Shown piece after piece: positions 19,751 to 27,669 of a stretch of 52,609 nucleotides of DNA (within the stretch, counting starts at the first letter, position 1; every line of letters begins with the position of its first letter). The notes beneath the pieces are model-generated. The model searched no databases and was not told where the DNA came from. It worked only from the letters and a program-made list of their open reading frames with translations. The stretch is from positions 1 through 52,609 of the forward strand of contig CAYXBG010000003.1 of NCBI GenBank assembly GCA_964463145.1, read 5' to 3'. Made by a program: the position numbers and the translations under genes. This DNA comes from an uncultured Acidobacteriota bacterium. GTDB lineage: Bacteria > Acidobacteriota > UBA6911 > RPQK01 > CBDAPI01.

Positions 19751-21760
19751 ATGGCTAGAGCGAATGCAACTACATGGAAGTACCTGGATAGTGCCCTCTG
19801 CCTTACGGCGGCGACGGCTTTCAACTTCATACAATTCTTCAACAAGCGTCGCCCCAAACCTTCTTTTACTCCCAAATGGTCTGATAAACCACTTCTCAAG
19901 TCGTGGCAGAAGACTAAACCTAATCTCGGTTGGCCCAGAGAGACAGATTCCTTGTGCCCTAAATGCGTCATCGAAGCTAGGGAAAAAATTATTGCCGGGG
20001 AAGAAGATTACCAGATTCTGATTGACGAGAAGGTTGGAGAAGTCAAAGCCAAGATTGTGGAACGTGACAACCAGATCTGGATGATGAAAGACTGCCCTCA
20101 ACACGGAAAGTACGAAGACCTCATGGCAATTGATGCCAACTTTCTGCGCTGGATTGAGAGCAATTTCCCTGGCCGTGATATTCGCTCTCACAACGACACC
20201 AATCTACATAACCATGGGTCTAGCACTATTAAGCATGGCCGAGGCTCCGTCCTGACAGTAGATCTTACCAACCGCTGTAACATGATGTGTGACCCCTGCT
20301 TTATGGACGCCAATCAGGTTGGTTTCGTACACGAACTTGAATGGACCGACATCAAGGAAATCCTGGACAACGCACTTAAAATCAAGCCCCGGCGTCAGAT
20401 GTCAGTTCAATTTTCTGGTGGAGAACCGACCATCTCTCCTCACTTTTTCAGAGCCATCAAGTACTCTCGGAAAATCGGCTACAACAGTGTTCAATGTGCT
20501 ACCAACGGCATCGAATTCGCCAAAAGCAAGGAATTCAGTCAAAAGGCAGCAGAGGCTGGGTTGCGCTTCCTTTACTACCAATTCGATGGGGTAGGGAACG
20601 AAGCCAACAGCCATCGTCATATCGGGAACCTTTTCGACGTCAAGTTGAGGGGTATTGAGAATGCTCACGAAGCGGGGATCGAAATCGTTCTCGTCACTAC
20701 ACTGGTTAATGATGTAAACAACGATCAAGTCGGACCTATCATCCGTTTTGCAATGGATAATCCCAAAAAAGTTGCCTTTATCGCTTTCCAGCCCGTTTCC
20801 TTCACGGGTCGAGATGAGGAAGTTACAGACGAACGTCGCTTGAGACAGCGCTACACTCTCTCTCATCTTGCTCACGATGTGAAGAAGCAAACCGGGATGA
20901 CCGAACCGACTCGTGATTGGTTCCCACTTTCCCTTATGGGTTCCTTCGCGGATTTCGCAGATCTAGCGCATGGACCAGAGGCCGACTGGGGGCAGGTCAG
21001 CTGCGGCTGCCATCCCAATTGCGGAGTTGGTACGGCGGTAATGGTCGATAAAGAAACCAAGGACTTCGCGCCCGTACCCCAGTTTCTCAACATCCCAGGA
21101 CTGGTTAAAGACATGCAAGCAATCACAGATGCTGGGCGGGGTAAGCACTTTTCCAACGCTATGATGGGGCTAGCACTGCTCAAAAACTATAAGCCCTTCT
21201 CGGCTCCACCCAGATTAACTTTAAGTGCAGTCCTGAAAAAATTCGATAAAAGTTTTGGACTGTCTGGATACAATTATGGAGAGGGCAAAGATCGCAGAGA
21301 CGATCCTTGGAATTTCCTGTTTGTAGCTGGTATGTGGTTTCAGGATCTTTTCAATTACGATTTTCGTAGAACGGAAATGTGCATCATTCCTTACGGAACA
21401 CAAGAGGGCGAAATCTCTTTCTGCGCCTATAACACTGGGCACGGTTGGCGCAATATCATCGAGCACATGCACCAGAATGCCAGCGTAGCTAATTGGTACA
21501 AGGAACACGGAAGACACCAGATTTGGGCAGGCGGTAAAAAGGTGGATTTGAGTAGTTACGAACACTCCTTAAAACTGCAGTCGAATGACGTGGAGGCCAT
21601 ACGCGCGAAAAAGGATCTCCCTCAAACTGCAAGAGATGAGAAGCTCGCTGCCCGCGAGGCTGCAAAAGAAGCGGCTCAGGTCCGTGCCTACTATGAAGAA
21701 CAGGTGTTGGGCCAGAAGAGCAAAGAGAAGTTGGTTCAGATCACCACTCCTAACCAGTAA
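19751..21760 (+). CDS. large radical SAM enzyme of the archaeal Tes / GDGT-MAS (MJ0619-type) family
   Basis: N-terminal rubredoxin/zinc-ribbon-like CPKC...CPQHG. Radical SAM CNMMCDPC (Cx3Cx2C). VQFSGGEPT, ATNGI, LYYQFDG, IAFQPVSFTGR, DWFP, CHPNCG and a C-terminal CIIPYGTQEGEISFCAYN block. Recognised from memory of family hallmarks. Confidence 0.8.
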   Translation: MARANATTWKYLDSALCLTAATAFNFIQFFNKRRPKPSFTPKWSDKPLLKSWQKTKPNLGWPRETDSLCPKCVIEAREKIIAGEEDYQILIDEKVGEVKAKIVERDNQIWMMKDCPQHGKYEDLMAIDANFLRWIESNFPGRDIRSHNDTNLHNHGSSTIKHGRGSVLTVDLTNRCNMMCDPCFMDANQVGFVHELEWTDIKEILDNALKIKPRRQMSVQFSGGEPTISPHFFRAIKYSRKIGYNSVQCATNGIEFAKSKEFSQKAAEAGLRFLYYQFDGVGNEANSHRHIGNLFDVKLRGIENAHEAGIEIVLVTTLVNDVNNDQVGPIIRFAMDNPKKVAFIAFQPVSFTGRDEEVTDERRLRQRYTLSHLAHDVKKQTGMTEPTRDWFPLSLMGSFADFADLAHGPEADWGQVSCGCHPNCGVGTAVMVDKETKDFAPVPQFLNIPGLVKDMQAITDAGRGKHFSNAMMGLALLKNYKPFSAPPRLTLSAVLKKFDKSFGLSGYNYGEGKDRRDDPWNFLFVAGMWFQDLFNYDFRRTEMCIIPYGTQEGEISFCAYNTGHGWRNIIEHMHQNASVANWYKEHGRHQIWAGGKKVDLSSYEHSLKLQSNDVEAIRAKKDLPQTARDEKLAAREAAKEAAQVRAYYEEQVLGQKSKEKLVQITTPNQ

Positions 21761-21984
21761 ATCCAAGCCTTCATCACTTTGCTTCCTATCGGTTAAAGGG
21801 GGCGTGGGGACTTGCCGCTTCGAGACGAAGACAGTTTCGGTGACACGTTTCCGGCCTCGTGCTACCGTTGTGTAAAGGCTAGTACACGTTTATTACCTAA
21901 TGGCTCCAGAAAGACGTGATTTGTTCGATTGCCACAAGAATTTTGGAGGCATTCAGGTTACCATAATTATTGAGAGGTACACTA

Positions 21985-22308
21985 ATGAGTGATCTGGCTA
22001 GTAAAGAATGTGTCCCCTGTCGGGGAGGAGTCCCTGCACTTACAAGCGAGGGGATAGAGCCTTTATTGCAACATATTCAGGGTTGGCAAGTAATCAAAGA
22101 TCATCATCTCCATGGAGACTTCGGATTTCCTGATTTCCAGACAGCCCTGGATTTCGTGAATCAGGTAGGCCACTTGGCCGAGGAACAGGGGCATCATCCA
22201 GATATCTATCTGAGCTGGGGCAAGGTAGTAATCACGATCTGGACTCACAAAATCGACGGTCTTACCGAAAGCGATTTCATACTGGCTGCTAAGATTAACC
22301 GACTTTAA
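21985..22308 (+). CDS. pterin-4a-carbinolamine dehydratase (PCD/DCoH)
   Basis: ATG at 21985 with GAGAGG upstream. Motif GHHPDIYLSWGKVVITIWTHKIDGLTESDF is diagnostic of PCD. Confidence 0.9.
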   Translation: MSDLASKECVPCRGGVPALTSEGIEPLLQHIQGWQVIKDHHLHGDFGFPDFQTALDFVNQVGHLAEEQGHHPDIYLSWGKVVITIWTHKIDGLTESDFILAAKINRL

Positions 22309-22443
22309 TGTGCCCCCATCTGAGACAGGAATTCCCAGCTCTGGCCCTGGCATTTCAGCTCACCTCAATACCTCTCCGACACCTCCGGGCAGGCTTTGCA
22401 TACACATATATCTTGCCATGTTGTAGCATTGAGTGCGTTTCTC

Positions 22444-25104
22444 ATGACGCCAGATTTTTTTGACCAACTCAAACGCAATGCAGAGCTGACACCAAATCGA
22501 ATTGCTCTCCAGCTCCTCGAAGGCAAGGATCAAGCATCTTTCACATTTCATCGCCTGTACCATGAGGTTTCTAAGCTCAGCCAGTTTTTTTCTCGTCACA
22601 TAAACCCTGGTGAGACGCTCGGAATTCTCATGCAAAACCACCCTCGCTGGGGCATCGCCTTTCTCGCCGCCGAAAGTGCCGGCGCAAGAATCCTCCCTCT
22701 CGACGTCCTACACACACCCCAAACTATTGCAGAGCTGATTCGGCATTCCGACTGCTCATTTATAGTCTCGTCTCATCAGCTTTTTGGAAAGTTGGAAGAA
22801 ATCCAGACTCAACTCCAGAGCCCTATCCCTACGCTTGTGATGGATTCACAGAAACCTGACTGCTATGACTGGAAATCCGTACTGGAAAAAGAAACCTACG
22901 CCCCTAAGCTACCACTTTTCCGAAGAGATCCAGAAGAAACCTTGCTCCTTGTCTATACAAGTGGAACTACCGGTAACCCCAAAGGCGTTATGCTCTCTCA
23001 TAACGCCATCTATCTGACCGTAAAGGCAGTTCTGGAAACCGTTCAATTAGACAACGAGGATCACATCCTGTCGGTGTTGCCTCTGTACCATATGCTTGCT
23101 CTGATGGCTAATTTCTTGATGCCTCTTTACGCGGCCACTACTGTCACATATCTAAACACTGTCGAACCCAAAAAAATCTTGGAATCTTTTCGCAATCAGG
23201 AGGTTACAGTTTTCGTTTGTGTACCTCAATTTTACTATCTTCTACACCGTAAAATTTTCCAAAAGGCCAAGCAACGAGGACTACTAAGCTATGTTACTTT
23301 CCAAGTATTCCTCCAGATATCTCGCCTAAGTAACGATTGGCTTGGCTTTAATCCTGGCCGCTTGCTATTCCGGTCTGTTCACCAAAACTTCAACAACTTG
23401 CGCTTGTTCGCAGTGGGAGGGGCTCGCTTTGACAAGAAAGTATTGAAGTCCTTTCGGGATCTGGGCTTTCAGTTTGCGCAGGCATTCGGGATGACGGAAA
23501 CCTCTGCGGTCTCAACTATCTCCGTCTCCAATGGTCTGGGATCGGTAGGGAAACCTATGCCTCATGTAGATCTCAAAATTGATCAACCTGGGATGGACGG
23601 AGTCGGAGAAATTCTCATCTCCGGGCCACACATCATGCAGGCCTACTGGAAAAATAAGGTCGCCACAAGAGATGTTCTAAAAAAAGGCTGGTTACACAGT
23701 GGTGACCTAGGGTACCTGGACCCGGACGGGTACCTTCACATCACTGGTCGTAAGAAAGATGTGATCGTATTAAGTTCAGGTAAAAATATTTCCCCAGAAG
23801 AAATCGAGCAAGCTTACGAAAGCAAGTGTTCATATATACGAGAGATGTGTGTGATCGGAGTCGAAGATGGGAGTCAAGAAAAACTCCACGCAATGATTGT
23901 ACCCGACTTTGAGTATCTAAAAAGCCAACAAGTGATCAACATTTCCGACATGTTACGCTACCAGATCGAGAACCTCTCCGTAGAATTTCCAGGGTACAAA
24001 CGAATCAGAACCTTCGATGTCCTCAGTGAGCCTCTACCCCGAACCCCTACTCGAAAGATTAAACGCTTCGAGGTCACTAGCCTGTTCGAAGATCAAAACA
24101 ACTCTAGAGTCGAGCCCATCTCTCCCAGCTCCAATCCTCGCGACGATCTAGAACGGACAGTCTTCGAGCTCCTGAAAGAAACTGGCAAAGTTACAAGTAT
24201 TCGACACGAGATGAGTCTAGAGCTCGATTGCGGATTTGACTCCCTGGAACGAGTGGAATTCCTTTCCAACATACAAGACACCTTTGGATTAAATATCAAG
24301 AGGGAGGATGCGACCACTATCTTCACCGTCCAGGATCTGATAGACGTTTTGAGGACAACTCTGGGCGGCAGAGCAAGAATAAGTACACGGAACAAAGCAA
24401 CCACCTGGAATGACATTCTGAGTCAGCCCTTGACCGACGAAGAGAAAAACGCAATACGCCTAACCTTAAGGCGCCGCCCTATAGTCGAGATCGTGTACTT
24501 TGGCATGAGTCGGCTTCTTCTTTTCCTAGCCAAAGCCCTTCTCAAGTTAAGATTGGATGGGCAGGACAAACTTCCAACAGATGGTCCTTTCCTGATCTGC
24601 CCCAACCATTTGAGTTACCTAGATGGATTTCTCTTAAGTGCCGGAGTCACTTTTACTCACCTAAAACGCATGGGTTACTTGGGTTACAGTGATTACTTCC
24701 GTACCGGGACTCTTGGTGGATACCTCGGGAGCCTTCTCAAGATTGTACCCGTGGATCCAGACAAACACCTACGCCAAGCACTACGGATCGGAGCTTACGG
24801 GTTGTCAGAAGGTTACATCCTGAGCATATTCCCAGAAGGGGAAAGATCTATAGATGGAGAGATCAAATCCTTCAGAAAGGGACCGGCAATTTTATCCAAA
24901 GAACTCAATGTAGCGGTCATTCCTACTGCTATAATAGGAACCTACGAAGTCTGGCCACGCGGTTCTTCTAAAATAAAGGCTTCCCCCGTGACGATACGTT
25001 TTGGAGATCCTTTAATGCCTCTTGAGCATGAAAGCCACGCCCAGTTTACTCAGCGCATACAAAATTCTGTGCGAGAGTTGCTAGAGGAGGGTGGCGGTTC
25101 ATGA
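22444..25104 (+). CDS. tri-domain fusion: acyl-AMP/CoA ligase, acyl carrier domain, and PlsC-type (AGPAT) acyltransferase
   Basis: ATG at 22444. AMP-binding core YTSGTTGNPKGVMLSH plus GWLHSGDLGY and PRTPTRKIKR. Carrier-domain Ser motif LDCGFDSLERVEF. Acyltransferase motifs CPNHLSYLDG (HX4D) and FPEGERS. Confidence 0.85.
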   Translation: MTPDFFDQLKRNAELTPNRIALQLLEGKDQASFTFHRLYHEVSKLSQFFSRHINPGETLGILMQNHPRWGIAFLAAESAGARILPLDVLHTPQTIAELIRHSDCSFIVSSHQLFGKLEEIQTQLQSPIPTLVMDSQKPDCYDWKSVLEKETYAPKLPLFRRDPEETLLLVYTSGTTGNPKGVMLSHNAIYLTVKAVLETVQLDNEDHILSVLPLYHMLALMANFLMPLYAATTVTYLNTVEPKKILESFRNQEVTVFVCVPQFYYLLHRKIFQKAKQRGLLSYVTFQVFLQISRLSNDWLGFNPGRLLFRSVHQNFNNLRLFAVGGARFDKKVLKSFRDLGFQFAQAFGMTETSAVSTISVSNGLGSVGKPMPHVDLKIDQPGMDGVGEILISGPHIMQAYWKNKVATRDVLKKGWLHSGDLGYLDPDGYLHITGRKKDVIVLSSGKNISPEEIEQAYESKCSYIREMCVIGVEDGSQEKLHAMIVPDFEYLKSQQVINISDMLRYQIENLSVEFPGYKRIRTFDVLSEPLPRTPTRKIKRFEVTSLFEDQNNSRVEPISPSSNPRDDLERTVFELLKETGKVTSIRHEMSLELDCGFDSLERVEFLSNIQDTFGLNIKREDATTIFTVQDLIDVLRTTLGGRARISTRNKATTWNDILSQPLTDEEKNAIRLTLRRRPIVEIVYFGMSRLLLFLAKALLKLRLDGQDKLPTDGPFLICPNHLSYLDGFLLSAGVTFTHLKRMGYLGYSDYFRTGTLGGYLGSLLKIVPVDPDKHLRQALRIGAYGLSEGYILSIFPEGERSIDGEIKSFRKGPAILSKELNVAVIPTAIIGTYEVWPRGSSKIKASPVTIRFGDPLMPLEHESHAQFTQRIQNSVRELLEEGGGS

Positions 25105-25979
25105 TGTCTGCTCGAGAAATCCCAAAAGCAGATTTCCAAGATCTGGAAACCCTTTGGATACAGATTTCTGGCACTCTGTGCAATTTAAGTTGCACCCACT
25201 GTTTCATCAGTTGCGCACCAGATAATCACGCACTGCCTATGATGCAAACCGAGAAGGTTCTAGGATATTTAAGGGAGGCCGAAGAATTGGGGGTGAAGGA
25301 AATCTACTTCACTGGCGGGGAGCCCTTCCTTCATAAAAATTTCCTGGAAATCTTAAAAGTGACATTACAAAAATTCCCTACATCCATATTAACCAACGGC
25401 CTTCTCATCAATGAGGACCGAGCCGACAAGCTAACTCACATCGCACAGAATTCACACTACTCTCTTGAGATCAGGGTCAGCCTAGATGACTATGAGGAGA
25501 CTCGCAATGACAGCGTTCGTGGACTGGGTACATACCGAAAAGTCCTTGCTGCCTACAAGAGATTGTGGGAAAGGGGCCTTCTTCCGATTCTCGCAGTTAC
25601 AGAAATCAGAGAATACTACTCTCCTGATGACTCGCCCTTCGACGCTTTTGAAAAGTATGTCGAATTGCTCGGATCCCTTGGAGTCCTTCGCCCTCGGATC
25701 AAGATTATCCCGGTCTTCGAGATGGGCATGCTCCCAACCCCTGACAGCCCTACATATATCACTCCTCAAATGATGACGGGCTTCGATCATAGCCTGCTAC
25801 AATGCTCGACATCACGTATTGTAGCCGAAGATGGCATCTACTCCTGTCCTATTCTGGTAAACGAGGAACGGGCACTGATCGGAGACTCCACACTCTCGGG
25901 GTCTCTAGTGTCTTGCGACCTTTACCACACAGCATGTACCACCTGCTATGCCACCGGAATGACCTGTAAGAACTACTAG
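25101..25979 (+). CDS. radical SAM enzyme with a Cys-rich C-terminus (ArsS / TIGR04167-like)
   Basis: Start overlaps the upstream stop (ATGA). Radical SAM CNLSCTHC followed by FISCAPDN, FTGGEPFL, C-terminal LQCSTSRIVAEDGIYSCP and HTACTTCYATGMTC. Architecture recalled from the ArsS-type family. Confidence 0.75.
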   Translation: MMSAREIPKADFQDLETLWIQISGTLCNLSCTHCFISCAPDNHALPMMQTEKVLGYLREAEELGVKEIYFTGGEPFLHKNFLEILKVTLQKFPTSILTNGLLINEDRADKLTHIAQNSHYSLEIRVSLDDYEETRNDSVRGLGTYRKVLAAYKRLWERGLLPILAVTEIREYYSPDDSPFDAFEKYVELLGSLGVLRPRIKIIPVFEMGMLPTPDSPTYITPQMMTGFDHSLLQCSTSRIVAEDGIYSCPILVNEERALIGDSTLSGSLVSCDLYHTACTTCYATGMTCKNY

Positions 25980-26000
25980 CCACAGAAGAGGCCATAGAAT

Positions 26001-26846
26001 TTGGTGGAACATTTACAATCAAACCGAACGCGTGGTCAGAAAAAATGGGAAGATGTTCCGGTATACAATCGTGTTCTCCTTTTTGGAGGTGTCTACAGCA
26101 ACTACATTGCCCTGGCGCATCTATTGAAGAACTGCTCAAAGATGAACGCAGAGGCAATCTTCTGCCTTGGAGATATAGGAGGATTCGGACCGCATCCCAA
26201 CAAATCCTATGAATATCTTCGAAATACCAGAGTAACTACTCTGGCGGGCAACTACGATCTCTCTCTCTCTCAGGGTCTCGATGATTGTGGCTGTGGTTAC
26301 ACGGATCCCCGCGATAATCATTTTGCCCAGATCAGTTATGATTACACCTTTCAAAACACATCCCGGTCCAACAAGGACTGGCTGATTACGCTGCCAAGTT
26401 TAATCCGTTTCAGATTGGCTGATTTAAAAGTGCTACTCTGTCATGGTTCTCCACGTAGAACCAATGAGTTCCTCTGGGACAGTTCCTCACCTGACCATCT
26501 ACTGCATCGATTTCTGGAAGATTCGGGGGCGGATGTCTTGTGCTTCACCCACACGGGACTCAAGTGGTACAGGCAGTTGGAAGGGAATCGTCACGCTGTA
26601 AACGTTGGAGTCATAGGCCGCCCTGAAAATGACGGGACATCTAATGTTTGGTTCACGCTTCTAGAGGCAACAGGGCAAGACCTGCAATGCTTCTTCCTCC
26701 CTCTCAATTACGATCACTCTAGACTGATCAATGAGATGAAACAGGAGGACCTGCCCCCAGAATTTATCGAGACGATTCAAACAGGTTGGTGGACAACGTG
26801 TCTGGAAATAATGCCCTTCAAAGAAAGACTCCGGGGGCGTTTTTAA
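26001..26846 (+). CDS. calcineurin-like metallophosphoesterase (YfcE/MJ0936-like) with a non-canonical motif I
   Basis: TTG or GTG start 22 nt after the radical SAM gene. Motifs GDIGGFGP, GNYD, CHGSP and THTG are present. The usual DxH motif position reads GGVYSN. Confidence 0.75.
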   Translation: MVEHLQSNRTRGQKKWEDVPVYNRVLLFGGVYSNYIALAHLLKNCSKMNAEAIFCLGDIGGFGPHPNKSYEYLRNTRVTTLAGNYDLSLSQGLDDCGCGYTDPRDNHFAQISYDYTFQNTSRSNKDWLITLPSLIRFRLADLKVLLCHGSPRRTNEFLWDSSSPDHLLHRFLEDSGADVLCFTHTGLKWYRQLEGNRHAVNVGVIGRPENDGTSNVWFTLLEATGQDLQCFFLPLNYDHSRLINEMKQEDLPPEFIETIQTGWWTTCLEIMPFKERLRGRF

Positions 26847-26903
26847 AAGCCTTAATCAAATAATTGATTTACAGTACTATCCTTCAAGACAGAGCTGCTC
26901 CAA

Positions 26904-27503
26904 CTAATGAATGGTGCTCTCGCCTGGGGCAGGCATGTCATCCGGAATCACGTTTCGATTGACGTAGTTGTCGAGATTGATCACATAGGTATCCTTTGAG
27001 TCCACAAACGTCTGTGAGTGGGTCGACGCTATAATTCGAAACTGTTTTTCGTCGACTAATTCCATCAACATCTTGAGGACACGGCGCTGATTGGAAATCG
27101 AAAGTGCCATCTCAGGTTCGTCCAGTAGCAATACTGTCCCATTTGGCAAACTCGGGAACGACTGCTGGAACAAGCTCAACATGATCTGACCATGACTTGC
27201 CATCTCCAGGAATTCACGCGTCTCGGCATTATCCTCAAAGAAATCTAGTTGCTTGCGAGGATTGTGTTGCTCGGCATCAAAAAGGAACACACCGCCCAGA
27301 TCGTCAGGTTTATTACTTAATTTATAGGTAAAGTTAGCAACTTCTTCACCGGTTAACGAGTAATAAAGAGAATGGAGCAAAGTCGATTTTCCCGAACCAT
27401 TTTCGCCAGTTAACATGATCAATGGATGTGATAGATCAAGAACCATCGGCATGTGAAAATTCAAGTTAATAAAAACAGGATGTGTGATTATTTTCAGAAA
27501 CAC
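26904..27503 (-). CDS. stand-alone compact ABC/SMC-type ATPase (about 199 aa)
   Basis: GTG start with GAGGAAGG 8 nt upstream. Walker A GENGSGKST, signature-like ASHGQ, Walker B LLLDEPEMAL, H-loop STHS. No fused or adjacent partner domain. Confidence 0.7.
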   Translation of the reverse strand: MFLKIITHPVFINLNFHMPMVLDLSHPLIMLTGENGSGKSTLLHSLYYSLTGEEVANFTYKLSNKPDDLGGVFLFDAEQHNPRKQLDFFEDNAETREFLEMASHGQIMLSLFQQSFPSLPNGTVLLLDEPEMALSISNQRRVLKMLMELVDEKQFRIIASTHSQTFVDSKDTYVINLDNYVNRNVIPDDMPAPGESTIH

Positions 27504-27669
27504 CAGCAGTCCTTCCTCGTTAGTTTAAACATGTCATTCTCCAGACCCTAGGAGGCCATGTCAACCTGTTCAGATCTTTCTATCTGATTACCCAAGTTAT
27601 TCCTGCATGTGTCAATGAATCTAGCGCCCTCTCTAGTCAGCTCCATTAAACAAAAACCTTCCTAGTATC

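Noticed and set aside
19688-20191. A 167-aa minus-strand ORF overlapping the 5' end of the Tes-like radical SAM gene. The similar 22360-22641 minus ORF overlaps the FAAL gene start.
   Set aside because: No motifs, and both lie opposite strongly supported genes. The plus-strand genes have the conserved family hallmarks.
25101-25979. In-frame TGA (selenocysteine) in the Cys-rich tail of the ArsS-like radical SAM. I recall some members of that family being selenoproteins.
   Set aside because: The ORF reads through to a TAG stop with Cys at all cluster positions. No in-frame TGA and no obvious SECIS-like hairpin.
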